Assembly: GCA_963840035.1 (NCBI GenBank)
Contig: CAWIXE010000002.1
Span: 800,001 to 864,000 of the forward strand
Origin: a candidate division FCPU426 bacterium
GTDB taxonomy: Bacteria; Oederibacteriota; PGYV01; Palsa-1178
Length of the DNA: 64,000 nucleotides
Direction of reading: 5' to 3'
In this document: positions 1-9,680 of the stretch, piece by piece
Position numbering within the stretch: position 1 is the stretch's first letter
Layout: each line of letters starts with the position of its first letter
The notes under the pieces: generated by a model
What the model was told of the DNA's origin: nothing
Seen by the model: the letters and a program-made list of their open reading frames with translations, nothing else
Database searches by the model: none
Program-made: the position numbers and the translations under genes

Positions 1-1768
1 CGGGTCCGTATAATCGTCTTCTTTTAGGGTTATGACAACCCCGGTATTCTTTTTGACCAGTTCAATTGTCTTTTTAATAACGGTAAGGTTGCGCAATCCC
101 AGGATATCGAACTTTATAATGCCGATCTTTTCAAGGGACTCCATCTGGTACTGTGTCATGTATCCCAGCGTGGATGTGCCGTCAGCTTCCACATCGCGCG
201 GAACCGCGAGCGGAACGAAATCAGTGAGCGCCGTTGGCGCGATGGCGACCCCGGCTCGCATGGGTTGAATCCTGTCTCAGCATACCTTCTATTTTCAAAG
301 CGTAGGTCAGTATTTCATCCGCCCATTTTTCGTTGTTTACAAAATTCCTGAAAGCTTCGTCTTTCAGGACGTCCTTAAATGATATTGTCGGGCCGTCCGG
401 CACCAGCTTGGCAAGCCTGTTTACGTCAAATAATTTCACGTCCAAAACCCTGCCTACGTCGCGTATGGCCTGTTTTGGTTTTAACTGCTGAAAAGTGGCA
501 ATCTGCGCGACCCTGTCCCTGCCGAATTTATCAACGATGAATTTGATGACCTTGTCGCGGTCATTGTCGGCAAAGTCCGAGTCTATATCGGGCGGGGATA
601 CCCTGTCCGGGTTAAGGAAGCGTTCGAACAGCAGGTTGTATTTAAGCGGATTGATGCTTGTGATGCCCAGGACGTATGAAACAAGGCTTCCTGCGGCGCT
701 GCCTCTGCCCGGGCCTACGGGTATGTCGTTCTCCCTGGCAAAGTTTATGATATCCCTGACTATCAGGAAGTAACCGGCGTACCCCAACTGTTTGATTATC
801 TTTATCTCGTGCTCGAGGCGTTCTGTCAATACACTCTCGGGGGCCGGGAACTTTTTCTCAAATAACTTGCGCGCCAGTTTCTCCATGGCGTCATCGTAGG
901 ATTTTTCCTCGCCGAGTTCATATGAAGGCATGTGCGGTTTTTTGTTTAACTGCAGCTCGAAAACGCACTTTTCCGCCACGTCAGACGTGCGCAGGAGCGC
1001 CTCTTCGTCATCCGGAAATGCCAGTTTCATCTCTGCCAGGTTTTTAAAATAGAATTCATCGGTCTTAAATGAGAGCCTGTCAGTTTCTGCCAGTTTTTTC
1101 CCGGTTTTTATGCATACCAGGACGTCCTGGGCTTTCGCGTCGTCCTTTGTCATGTAATGCGCGTCGTTTGAAGCCACCAGCGGAATGGACGTCTTTTTTG
1201 AAAGTTCGCGCAGGCCGCGGTTCATGATTATTTCTTCCTCAAGGCCGTGGTTCTGCATTTCCAGGTAAAAATTGCCTTCGCCGAACATCTTCACATACTC
1301 CTGCGCGGCGTGTAATGCCGCGTCAGGGTCGTTATTTATGATAGCCCTTGGTACTTCGCCCTGCATGCATGCCGAGAGCGCTATAAGGCCGTTTGCGTGG
1401 TCTTTAAGGAAGGCTTTGTCCACTGTGGGTTTGTAATAAAAACCTTCAGTGGAAGCAAAGGTGGCTATTTTCAGGAGGTTCTTATAACCTTCTTCGTTTT
1501 TTACAAGCAAAACAAGGTGGTTTTTTTCGCGTGATTTATCGGCGATCTTATCCACGAGATAGGTTTCCAGCCCGATAATGGGCCTAATGCCGGCGGCCGC
1601 CAGCGTGCTGTAAAATTCCACCACTCCGTACATATATCCGTGGTCGGTTATGGCGCATGAGTGCATGTTGTTTAAGCGGCATGTCTCAATAATGTCATCA
1701 AACCGGCACATGCCGTCTAACAGGCTGTATTTGCTGTGCAGGTGAAGGTGGATGAAGTTGCTTTTCAA
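1..1768 (-). CDS. dnaE: DNA polymerase III alpha subunit (5' part; runs off the window's left edge; apparent +1 frameshift at about 256)
   Basis: PHP motifs HLHLHSKYSLLDG, AITDHG, SNDAHY; GRGSAAGSLV; PPDIDSDF. Removing one base at CATGC[G]AGCC restores HAAGVAIAP...KFDILGLRNLTVI, open to position 1. Confidence 0.97.
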
Positions 1769-1927
1769 AATGTCTCCTTAAGTAAACTCAAAATTCAAAA
1801 GTCAAAACCTAAAAGCGGACCTAAATAAAAACTTTAACTAAACACAAATTATATAAAATATTACCACATTTGTTGTTTTTGTTAAAGCGTTAGATTGTGT
1901 CGATTGGATTTGTTTTAAATATGAATT

Positions 1928-1989
1928 GGTAGCCGCAGCCTTTAGGCTGCGTCGCGCCGGCCTTTCGCAGCCTTAAGGTTGCGGCTACC
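1928..1989. repeat. GTAG-type REP-like palindromic doublet
   Basis: GGTAGCCGCAGCCTTTAGGCTGCG ... CGCAGCCTTAAGGTTGCGGCTACC: two hairpin units in inverted orientation, overlapping the prmC stop codon. Confidence 0.7.
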
Positions 1990-2860
1990 GGAGCCTAAAA
2001 ACCAGCACCCTTTCCTTGCCTCTAAAATCATTAAACCCGCCTTCAAATTTCCAGCTGTCTGCCGGGAATAGGCGCTTTACGCGTTTACTCATGTTATCAC
2101 CTATTTCAACGGCTAAAAAACCGCCTTTTTTAAGCATCTTTGGTCCGCATTGGGCGAAGCGTTCATAGAAAGAAAGGCCCTGGCTTCCGTCCGTTAAAGC
2201 CATGCGCGGTTCCTGTAGTACCTCTTTTTGCAGGGTTTTTAGGGCCTTTAAGCGTATGTAAGGCGGGTTTGATACTATGAGGTCAAACCTGTGGTGATTG
2301 CGCCTGCAAAGGCTAAAGAAGTCGCCTTTCAGGGGTTTTAGACGGCGGCTCACACCGTGTTTTATAGCGTTGGTTAAAGTCAGGTTAATGGCTTTGGGGT
2401 TTTTATCAAAGCTGTAGAATCTGGATATCAGGTCAAGTTCCTTTAAAAGAGTCACAGGTATGATGCCTGAGCCTGAACCGCAGTCAGCGGCTATTGTCCC
2501 CGCCGGCAGGCTGCTTTTAAGGGATTTCACTGCGTCAATAAGCGCTTCAGTGTCGGGTCTTGGTATGAAGACGCCTTTTTTGACCATGAATTCCCTGCCG
2601 TAGAAACATTCAGAACCGGTTATGTACTGCAGGGGCAGGTGTTTTAACCTTGCCTGTATAAGTTTCATGAATTTTTTTTGGAGGGCTGCGGGGATTTCAT
2701 CCCTGTAGAGTGTATATAGTTTTTCCCGTGTAAGCCCCGACGAAAACAAAAAGATGGCTTCTGCCTCGCGGAAAGCCGAGCCGGAGTTACGGATGATTTT
2801 TTTAAGTTTTTCCCTGGCTAAAGCCAGGCACTGAAAATAAGTGGAGGGGTTCTTTTTCAT
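1985..2860 (-). CDS. prmC: Release factor glutamine methyltransferase (HemK/PrmC)
   Basis: PLQYITG, VFIPRPDTE, DCGSGSG SAM motif, SNPPY; downstream of prfA. Confidence 0.95.
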   Translation of the reverse strand: MKKNPSTYFQCLALAREKLKKIIRNSGSAFREAEAIFLFSSGLTREKLYTLYRDEIPAALQKKFMKLIQARLKHLPLQYITGSECFYGREFMVKKGVFIPRPDTEALIDAVKSLKSSLPAGTIAADCGSGSGIIPVTLLKELDLISRFYSFDKNPKAINLTLTNAIKHGVSRRLKPLKGDFFSLCRRNHHRFDLIVSNPPYIRLKALKTLQKEVLQEPRMALTDGSQGLSFYERFAQCGPKMLKKGGFLAVEIGDNMSKRVKRLFPADSWKFEGGFNDFRGKERVLVFRLR

Positions 2861-3396
2861 TTGCCCGGGCCCATGGATATTTTTTTAATGCTGACTTTAA
2901 TCCTTCCGATAATGCTCATGCGTTTATTGATGAGCCCTTTTATGAAATCGTTTTTGGCAAGGTCCATGGCTGTGCGTCCCGCTTTATTCATCCTGTCCGG
3001 GTGTGCCCCGGCCGAAAGCAGGTCCATAACTATGCCGTCATGTCCCATAATGGCCGCTTCCATAAGCGCGGTATTGCCGTCGTCGTTTGCCAGGTCAGCT
3101 TCAGCTCCGGAATCAAGAAGCAGTTTTGCGATATCGCGTTTTCCAAACCATGCCGCTTCTATTAAGGCGGTGTAACCCCGGGTTGATTGTATGTTGAGAC
3201 CTGCTTTGGAGTTTATGAGAAATTTGGCGGCGTCAAAATGGCCGCTGCGTACAGCCATCATAAGAGGTGTATGTTTATAAGGCGATAGGTTGTCGCGCGT
3301 ATTGATATCAGCGCCCTTCTCAATGCACTCCCTGAGGGCATCAAGGTCGCCCCGTCCGGCCACGTCAATGAGCCTATCATTAAGTTCGGATGACAT
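2857..3396 (-). CDS. Ankyrin repeat protein
   Basis: Repeats TPLMMAVRSGH, GYTALIEAAWFG, GNTALMEAAIMGH, GRTAMDLA. Start taken at ATG 3396 behind AAGGGG; the longer ORF-track start runs through heptamer repeats. Confidence 0.9.
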   Translation of the reverse strand: MSSELNDRLIDVAGRGDLDALRECIEKGADINTRDNLSPYKHTPLMMAVRSGHFDAAKFLINSKAGLNIQSTRGYTALIEAAWFGKRDIAKLLLDSGAEADLANDDGNTALMEAAIMGHDGIVMDLLSAGAHPDRMNKAGRTAMDLAKNDFIKGLINKRMSIIGRIKVSIKKISMGPGK

Positions 3397-3409
3397 ATAA
3401 CCCCTTTTA

Positions 3410-3495
3410 GGACAATTGACGATTGACAATTGTCTATTGACGATTTAGTTCTAAGTCCATTAATTGACAATCGACAATTGTTAATCGTCAATTAG
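3410..3495. repeat. Inverted array of 7-nt repeats (GACAATT/ATTGACA-like)
   Basis: gacaattgacgattgacaattgtctattgacgatt ... aattgacaatcgacaattgttaatcgtcaatt. Confidence 0.75.
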
Positions 3496-3498
3496 TCT

Positions 3499-4572
3499 TT
3501 AAGCCCCTTGTTCCAAAAGTTTCTGTTTATAATCCTGGTCCAGTTTTTCAAGGAAGTCGTCTATCTGGCCCTGCATAACAGCTTCCAGGTTGTAAATGGT
3601 AAGCCCTATCCTGTGGTCTGTGACCCTGTTTTGCGGGTAGTTATAGGTCCTTATTTTTTCGCTCCTGTCGCCTGAGCCTATCTGAGCTTTGCGGTTGGAG
3701 TCGAGTTTGGCTTTTTCATCGCCTTCGAGCTTGTTTTTAACCCTGGCGCGCAGGATGGTCATGGCTTTTTCCTTGTTCTTTATCTGCGACCTGCCGTCCT
3801 GGCAGTAAACTTCAAGCATGGTCGGAAGGTGGACTATCCTTACGGCTGATTCCGTCTTATTCACGTGCTGCCCGCCGGCTCCTGAGGCCCTGCAGACTTC
3901 GATCTTTAAGTCGTCCGGTTTCAGTTCGACGTCGACCTCTTCCTGTTCCGGAAGCACTGCCACTGTGGCGGCCGAGGTGTGTATCCTTCCGCTTGTTTCC
4001 GTGTCAGGCACCCTCTGAACCCTGTGCGTGCCGCTTTCAAATTTCATCTTTGCGTAGGCGTTATCGCCGCTTACCATGAAAATGATTTCCTTAACCCCGC
4101 CGATTTCAGTGGGCGCGGACTCCAATACCTCGAGTTTAAAGTTATGCGTGTCGCAGTATTTTGTGTACATTTTATACAGGTCGCCCGCGAAAAGGCCGGC
4201 TTCATCGCCGCCTGTGCCGGCGCGAATTTCCACTATCGCGTTCTTTTTATCATTTGGGTCCTTGGGAAGCATGGCGTATTCGAGCTCTTTTTCAAGCCTG
4301 GAAAGCTTGATCCTGCTTTCCTCTATTTCCTGCTCTGCCATCTGCCTCATCTCGGGGTCTTCTTCGGTGGTCAAAATATGCTGGGATTCCATCATGGCCC
4401 GTTCCGCTTTAATATAATCGTCAAACCTGTCCATGATGGGACGCAGTTCAGCGTGGTTTTTCATCTTGTTAGTATACATTTCCCTGTTTCCTATGGTGGA
4501 GCTTTCGGAAAGCTCGACATTGAGCCTCTCAAAAGTCTCCTTCATCTTGAGCAGTTTTTCCCTGAAAATCAT
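3499..4572 (-). CDS. prfA: Peptide chain release factor 1
   Basis: EIRAGTGGDEA, HRVQRVPDTE (PxT), GAGGQHVNKTESA, RTYNYPQNRVTDHR. Confidence 0.98.
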   Translation of the reverse strand: MIFREKLLKMKETFERLNVELSESSTIGNREMYTNKMKNHAELRPIMDRFDDYIKAERAMMESQHILTTEEDPEMRQMAEQEIEESRIKLSRLEKELEYAMLPKDPNDKKNAIVEIRAGTGGDEAGLFAGDLYKMYTKYCDTHNFKLEVLESAPTEIGGVKEIIFMVSGDNAYAKMKFESGTHRVQRVPDTETSGRIHTSAATVAVLPEQEEVDVELKPDDLKIEVCRASGAGGQHVNKTESAVRIVHLPTMLEVYCQDGRSQIKNKEKAMTILRARVKNKLEGDEKAKLDSNRKAQIGSGDRSEKIRTYNYPQNRVTDHRIGLTIYNLEAVMQGQIDDFLEKLDQDYKQKLLEQGA

Positions 4573-5555
4573 TATTTTTTGGCCTTCTTTGTTTTTTTAG
4601 AGTGCAGTTTAATATATTTGTTTTCAAGCGCAACCACCGTGTTTAAGGATTTAACCGATACTTCGACCATGTCCTTGTCCGGTTCTTTAGTGGTCAGCCT
4701 CTGGAACGCCAGGCCCGGGGCTATTAAGATCTTCATAAAGAAGTTGTCCCGGAATTTGTGCGAGAGCTTAAGTATCTCGTAGGATATGCCTATAATCGGA
4801 AGAAGCAGGGGTATTTCAAATAACAGCCTTTGGAATATATTAAGTTCCGCGGGAAGGAATATAAAGAAAATTACAAGGCTTATCGCCACAGTAATGATGA
4901 TGAACGCGGTGCCGCACCTCGGGTGCCTTGTGGAATATGGCTTAATGTTGGCGTATGTCAGTTTTTTTCCGTCTTCAAAGGCGTATATGCACTTATGCTC
5001 GGCGCCGTGGTACTGGAAGAGCCTTTTTACGTCCTCAAGCTTTGATATTGCCCAGACATAAAGAAAAAACATGAGAAATTTGAATACGACCATTCCCAGG
5101 TTGAAGTAAAACCTGTTAGTGTTTATCTCGGGCAGCACTTTGCCGATTAATTTATTGATGCCAAAAGGTATAAGGAAAAACAATACCAGGGCCATTACAA
5201 TTGCCAGCGCGATGGATATGATCATCTCCATGCCGTTGTCTTTTGCTTTTGCCTTTGCCCCTTTTTTTACGCCGTTCTTTTTATTCTCCGCGGCTTCCAT
5301 GTCTTTTTCCATCAGGTCCGCTGACCATGTAAGCGAGCTCATGCCCATGGACATGGATTCCCACATGGAAAGGATGCCGCGCATTAAGGGCCATTTCCAG
5401 AACTTGTGTTTTTCAGAGACAGAGTTGACAGTCCCGGATGTGACAGATATCTTTTTATCCGCGCGCCTTACCGCAATCGCGTAATAATGGGGCGACCTCA
5501 TCATGACGCCTTCAATGACGGCCTCGCCACCTACGTTGTATTGTGGTTTTTTCAT
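4572..5555 (-). CDS. DUF1385 (YqhQ-like) membrane protein
   Basis: VGGEAVIEGVMMR, FQYHGAEHK, HPRCGT, TTKEPD; usual position between rpmE and prfA. Confidence 0.9.
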   Translation of the reverse strand: MKKPQYNVGGEAVIEGVMMRSPHYYAIAVRRADKKISVTSGTVNSVSEKHKFWKWPLMRGILSMWESMSMGMSSLTWSADLMEKDMEAAENKKNGVKKGAKAKAKDNGMEMIISIALAIVMALVLFFLIPFGINKLIGKVLPEINTNRFYFNLGMVVFKFLMFFLYVWAISKLEDVKRLFQYHGAEHKCIYAFEDGKKLTYANIKPYSTRHPRCGTAFIIITVAISLVIFFIFLPAELNIFQRLLFEIPLLLPIIGISYEILKLSHKFRDNFFMKILIAPGLAFQRLTTKEPDKDMVEVSVKSLNTVVALENKYIKLHSKKTKKAKK

Positions 5556-5592
5556 TTTTGTCCTTTCGGTTAAAACAGATTTTTTAAATGGC

Positions 5593-5699
5593 TGTCATTG
5601 CGAGGAGCCGTTTTTGTTTCAAGGCGACGAAGCAATCCTGCTGTTGTTAAACGAGATTGCTTCGTCGGCGGGAGGCAAAAACGCCTCCTCGCAATGACA
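5593..5699. repeat. Palindromic MITE-like repeat (TGTCATTGCGAG...GAAGCAATC / GATTGCTTC...CTCGCAATGACA)
   Basis: Nested inverted repeats with matching termini TGTCATTGCGAGGAG / CTCCTCGCAATGACA. Confidence 0.75.
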
Positions 5700-5712
5700 T
5701 CAAAGCCCCTTA

Positions 5713-5769
5713 CAAAAAAACAACCGGTCCGGCACTTGCCGCCATAAGCAGCAGATACCGGACCGGTTT
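5713..5769 (-). terminator. Probable intrinsic terminator/attenuator after rpmE
   Basis: Stem AACCGGTCCGG...CCGGACCGGTT followed by a T-run on the minus strand. Confidence 0.6.
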
Positions 5770-5781
5770 ATTTAAAAAGTG

Positions 5782-6000
5782 CTAAGCTTCTTTTTTAGGT
5801 GCTGCCTTGCCTGCCCTTTTCCTGAATTTCTCGACTCTTCCGTCAGTGTCCATGAACTTCTGGACGCCTGAGAAGAACGGATGGCATGAGGAGCAAACTT
5901 CCACCTTTATGTCCCCTATCGTCGACCTTGTTTCAAACGAGTTGCCGCAGGCGCATGCTACCTTGGCATTTTTGTATTCCGGGTGAATTCCTTTTTTCAT
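5782..6000 (-). CDS. rpmE: 50S ribosomal protein L31 (Zn-binding, Cys-containing form)
   Basis: [30 protein letters not shown]. Confidence 0.98.
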   Translation of the reverse strand: MKKGIHPEYKNAKVACACGNSFETRSTIGDIKVEVCSSCHPFFSGVQKFMDTDGRVEKFRKRAGKAAPKKEA

Positions 6001-6081
6001 TACCTGTCTCCTTTATGTTGTTTAAAGTCTTTTAAGCGGTTTTAATTGTAAATGGTAAAGGGCAAATTGTAAATAGTTTTT

Positions 6082-7335
6082 TTAGTCAATATTCATGGCG
6101 TCTATGAACGCCTTGTTGGTCTTTCTTTTGTTCATTTCCTCGTTTAAGAACTCGATAATGTCAACCGGCTTCATTTTGGACAGGAGGGCTTTCCTTAAGA
6201 TCCAGACCTTTTTAAGGGTTTCCTTTTCCAGCAGGAGCTCTTCTTTCCTGGTGCCTGACTTGCTTATGTCTATGGCCGGGAAGAGCCTTTTATCCGCGAG
6301 TTCGCGCGAGAGCAGAATTTCGCTGTTGCCTGTTCCCTTGAATTCTTCAAATATGACGTCGTCCATCTTTGAGCCGGTCTCTACAAGCGCCGTGGCTATG
6401 ATGGTAAGCGAGCCGCCCTCTTCTATGGCGCGGGCCGCTCCGAAGAACCTTTTGGGTTTTTGCAGGGCGTTAGAGTCTATACCGCCGGTTAAAACCTTGC
6501 CTGAGCTCGGCGCCACGGCATTATATGCCCTGGCAAGCCTGGTAATTGAGTCGAGCAGGATGACAACGTCTTTTTTATGTTCAACGAGCCTTTTTGCCTT
6601 TTCTATGACCATCTCGGCTACCTGTATGTGGCGTGTCGGAGGTTCGTCAAAAGTCGAGCTTACTACCTCGCCTTTTACAGTCCTTTCCATGTCTGTTACT
6701 TCCTCGGGCCTTTCGTCTATCAGAAGCACTATGAGGAATATTTCCGGGTGGTTCTCCGTGATTGAGTTTGCTATCTTCTGAAGCAGCACTGTCTTACCTG
6801 TCCTGGGCGGGGCTACTATCAGCCCTCTCTGTCCTTTTCCGAGCGGTGTTAAAAGGTCCATGATCCTCATCGACGGGTCTTTGTCCTTATTCTCAAGGAT
6901 AATATGCTGCTCGGGGTAAAGCGGGGTAAGGTTATCAAAGAATGTTTTGTCTTTGATTTTTTCCGGGTCATCGCTGTTTATGGTTTCGACTTTTAAAAGC
7001 GCAAAGTATTTTTCGCCTTCCTTGGGGGGCCTCACCTGTCCGGCGATCATGTCGCCTGTGCGCAGGTCGAACTTTCTTATCTGTGAAGGCGAGACGTATA
7101 TATCGTCCGGTCCCGGAAGATAGTTGTAATTCGGCGAACGGAGAAATCCGAAGCCGTCCGGAAGTATTTCAAGAACTCCCTCCCCGAAAATAAGCCCGTT
7201 GCTTTTTGTGTCGGTTTCGAGGATTTTAAATATGAGTTCCTGTTTTTTAAGGGTTGAGGTTTCTTCCAGTTTCAGGTCTTTCGCGATTTTCTGAAGTTCG
7301 GTGAGTTTCTTAAGCTTTAAATCCTGTAGATTCAT
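6082..7335 (-). CDS. rho: Transcription termination factor Rho
   Basis: [18 protein letters not shown], Walker [26 protein letters not shown]. Confidence 0.99.
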   Translation of the reverse strand: MNLQDLKLKKLTELQKIAKDLKLEETSTLKKQELIFKILETDTKSNGLIFGEGVLEILPDGFGFLRSPNYNYLPGPDDIYVSPSQIRKFDLRTGDMIAGQVRPPKEGEKYFALLKVETINSDDPEKIKDKTFFDNLTPLYPEQHIILENKDKDPSMRIMDLLTPLGKGQRGLIVAPPRTGKTVLLQKIANSITENHPEIFLIVLLIDERPEEVTDMERTVKGEVVSSTFDEPPTRHIQVAEMVIEKAKRLVEHKKDVVILLDSITRLARAYNAVAPSSGKVLTGGIDSNALQKPKRFFGAARAIEEGGSLTIIATALVETGSKMDDVIFEEFKGTGNSEILLSRELADKRLFPAIDISKSGTRKEELLLEKETLKKVWILRKALLSKMKPVDIIEFLNEEMNKRKTNKAFIDAMNID

Positions 7336-7452
7336 TGAATGTATTACCTCCTGGGGTAATTTGAGTTTTTTGTTATTTTAAAACATAACAAGCAGATGTG
7401 TTGGAAGACTAATTAGGGATTTTCCTCCTGGCTGACTTGTTTAACTGATATA

Positions 7453-7481
7453 AATATATATCTTTTTAGCCTGTTTGTCAA
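7453..7481 (-). promoter_or_regulatory. sigma70-type promoter upstream of rho
   Basis: Minus strand TTGACA-N17-TATATT. Confidence 0.6.
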
Positions 7482-7526
7482 CATAAAATAAAAAGTTTTA
7501 TGAAATTTCCCCAGACGTTTATATTA

Positions 7527-7601
7527 TGGTACCGCTATGGAGAATCGAACTCCAATTACAGGATTGAGAACCCCGTGTCCTAACCGTTAGACGATAGCGG
7601 C
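7527..7601 (-). tRNA. tRNA-Glu (anticodon CTC)
   Basis: GCCGCTATCGTCTAACGGTTAGGACACGGGGTT-CTC-AATCCTGTAATTGGAGTTCGATTCTCCATAGCGGTACCA: cloverleaf, T-loop GTTCGA, encoded CCA. Confidence 0.96.
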
Positions 7602-7670
7602 ACTTATTGGCTGGAGAAAATTTATCATAATAATATTTAACAGTCAATATCTAATTATATGAGATGATTG

Positions 7671-8021
7671 TTATTCTTCTATTATTTTATTAATGATTTC
7701 TTTGTCCTCTTCCTTAAGTGCCAGGAACTCCAGGCCGAACTGGTCCGCGTTTCCCTGTTTTCTCTGCCATTTGATCTCGGCAAAAGCTACAATCGGCTCT
7801 TCTTTTTGGTCTGTCTTAAACTCCACTTTAATTACATCGCCCGTAGTCCCTATGGAGAGTCCTTCTACCCTGACTCCGCCGGCGCTTAAATCCGTGCTTT
7901 TGCCTTCTTTTTTAAGGGCTTCCATGGAACTGTCCTTGGGCATTAACTTGTATTTGACGGTATATGAGACTGTTGCCCTCTTATGTTTCCTTTTCTCTAT
8001 GAACATATTCCCTTCAGGCAT
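7671..8021 (-). CDS. Single-domain PilZ protein (c-di-GMP receptor)
   Basis: EKRKHKR (RxxxR) and DLSAGG (DxSxxG), FGLEF. Confidence 0.88.
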   Translation of the reverse strand: MPEGNMFIEKRKHKRATVSYTVKYKLMPKDSSMEALKKEGKSTDLSAGGVRVEGLSIGTTGDVIKVEFKTDQKEEPIVAFAEIKWQRKQGNADQFGLEFLALKEEDKEIINKIIEE

Positions 8022-8116
8022 TTTTGTCCCCCTGCGTTATTTGATAACAATAAAATAGTATCATAAAACAGTGAAAAATCAAGGAATTGTTCCCTGTTTT
8101 GTGTTATATTATTCTC

Positions 8117-9092
8117 ATGAAAAATACAAACGCGGATAAAAGCTGTAAATACCACGGCCACGATGAAGCACACGGCCATGAACATGATCATGGCCAGGGG
8201 CATCACCACCATGGCAGCGGGGATGAAAAGTCGCTGTTAATATCCATAATCCTTAACTTTGCCATAACCGCCGCGCAGATAGCCGGCGGGCTTATATCGG
8301 GGTCGCTTGCCCTTTTATCAGACGCCTTTCATAACCTTTCTGACGCTGTTTCGCTTGTCATTTCATACATTGCCATATTAATTGGCAAAAAAACCAAGTC
8401 GGCGACCAAGACATATGGGTATAAAAGGGCTGAGATACTGGCTGCGCTGGCAAATGTGGTTACCCTGTTTTTGGTATGCGCTTATATTATTTATGAGGCC
8501 ATTATCAGGCTTCAAAAGCCGCAGCCAATTAATACCGGGATAATGCTGGCCGTGGCTTTTCTCGGGCTCTTAGGCAACGGCATATCCGTGCTGATGCTTT
8601 TTAAAAGCGCAAAGGAAAATATAAATATTAAAAGCGCCTTTTTGCACCTTATTGGCGATACGGTTTCGTCTGTCGGGGTAATTTTAATAGCGATTGTACT
8701 CCGTTTTCAGCCATGGTATTTTCTGGACGCTGTAGTATCGGTGCTCATTGCCGCATATATTATCAAAGAAAGCCTGTCCATATTTATGGAGAGCCTTAAT
8801 ATACTGATGCAGGGAGCGCCTAAAGGCCTTGATAAGGATAAAATAATTGAAAAAATAATTGCCATACGGGGAATTAAATTCAAAGACATACATCACATAC
8901 ATATGTGGGATATAACGCCCGGCAAAACCGTCTTTGACGCGCACATAGTCATAGACAAAAAAGAGCTCAAAAATACGGACAGTATTATTAAAAGGATTAA
9001 TAAGGTTTTAAAAGATGATTTTCACATAAGCCACTCCACGCTGCGAGCTGGAGTCAGGCGACGCGAGCCAGTGTAAGACTTGTGACCTATAA
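8117..9092 (+). CDS. Cation diffusion facilitator (CzcD/ZitB-like Zn/Co/Cd exporter) with His-rich N-terminus; +1 frameshift at about 9045
   Basis: SLALLSDAFHNLSD, TYGYKRAEIL, AFLHLIGD, DIHHIHMW. Removing one G in CTGC[G]AGCTG gives the canonical HSTLQLE...CKTCDL* ending at 9092. Confidence 0.92.
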
Positions 9093-9097
9093 AACCA

Positions 9098-9270
9098 ATC
9101 ACATATCCCAAATCACAAATCCCAAAGAAAAAGGAAATCGATAATACAATTTGATTATTCAAAAACTGTTTGTGATTTGATTATGATTTTTTTTGTGATT
9201 TGGGACTTGTGATTTGGGACTTGTGATTTGGGACTTGTGATTTGGGACTTGTGATTTGGGACTTGGGATT
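9098..9270. repeat. Heptamer-based inverted array including 5 perfect 14-bp tandem copies (TTGTGATTTGGGAC, 9193-9262)
   Basis: Left arm atcccaaatcacaaatcccaaa is the reverse complement of the right-arm units; lies between convergent genes. Confidence 0.9.
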
Positions 9271-9273
9271 ATC

Positions 9274-9627
9274 TTATTTGCCTAACAACTCTTCCAGCGT
9301 AGCCGCCTCTTCTTCCCTTAAGCCGACGAATTTTACGCCGAATTCATATTTCTTGTCTATCTTTTTAACCCACCTGACCTCGGCTAACACGGTCACATTG
9401 TCCTTCGGGTCAGTGCCGAATATTTCCACCCTGAGAATGTCGCCTGTTTCCGCCGGAACTACGCCGTCTAATTTAACGCCGCCAAGGCTTATATCAAGGG
9501 ATTTCCCGGGGCCTCTTTCGGTCTCCGCGCTGACCTTTTTTGGCATGACCTTATAGTGTATGGTTAATTCTTTTACCATTCTTATGTGAGTTCTTTTTTC
9601 GAGGTAAATTTTGCCTTTAGGTTCCAT
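9274..9627 (-). CDS. Single-domain PilZ protein
   Basis: EKRTHIR, DISLGG, EFGVKF; start at ATG 9627 behind GGAGG. Confidence 0.88.
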   Translation of the reverse strand: MEPKGKIYLEKRTHIRMVKELTIHYKVMPKKVSAETERGPGKSLDISLGGVKLDGVVPAETGDILRVEIFGTDPKDNVTVLAEVRWVKKIDKKYEFGVKFVGLREEEAATLEELLGK

Positions 9628-9680
9628 AGCGCCTCCCTGTCCTAACAAATATTATAATCAGCTTTACCGGAGATTTCAAG

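Noticed and set aside
221..270. dnaE as a naturally split, intein-containing or truly truncated gene
   Set aside because: No intein motifs; the canonical sequence resumes immediately in the adjacent frame after a single extra base.
3258..3491. 77-aa ORF upstream of the ankyrin gene, and similar ORFs at 9242 and 45054
   Set aside because: Translations of heptamer repeats or shadows of neighbouring genes.
7527..7601. tRNA-Glu as an island integration site
   Set aside because: No duplicated tRNA 3' end or integrase noticed; the flanks are housekeeping genes.
9193..9262. 14-bp tandem repeat as a CRISPR array
   Set aside because: Units are contiguous with no spacers, too short, and there are no cas genes in the window.
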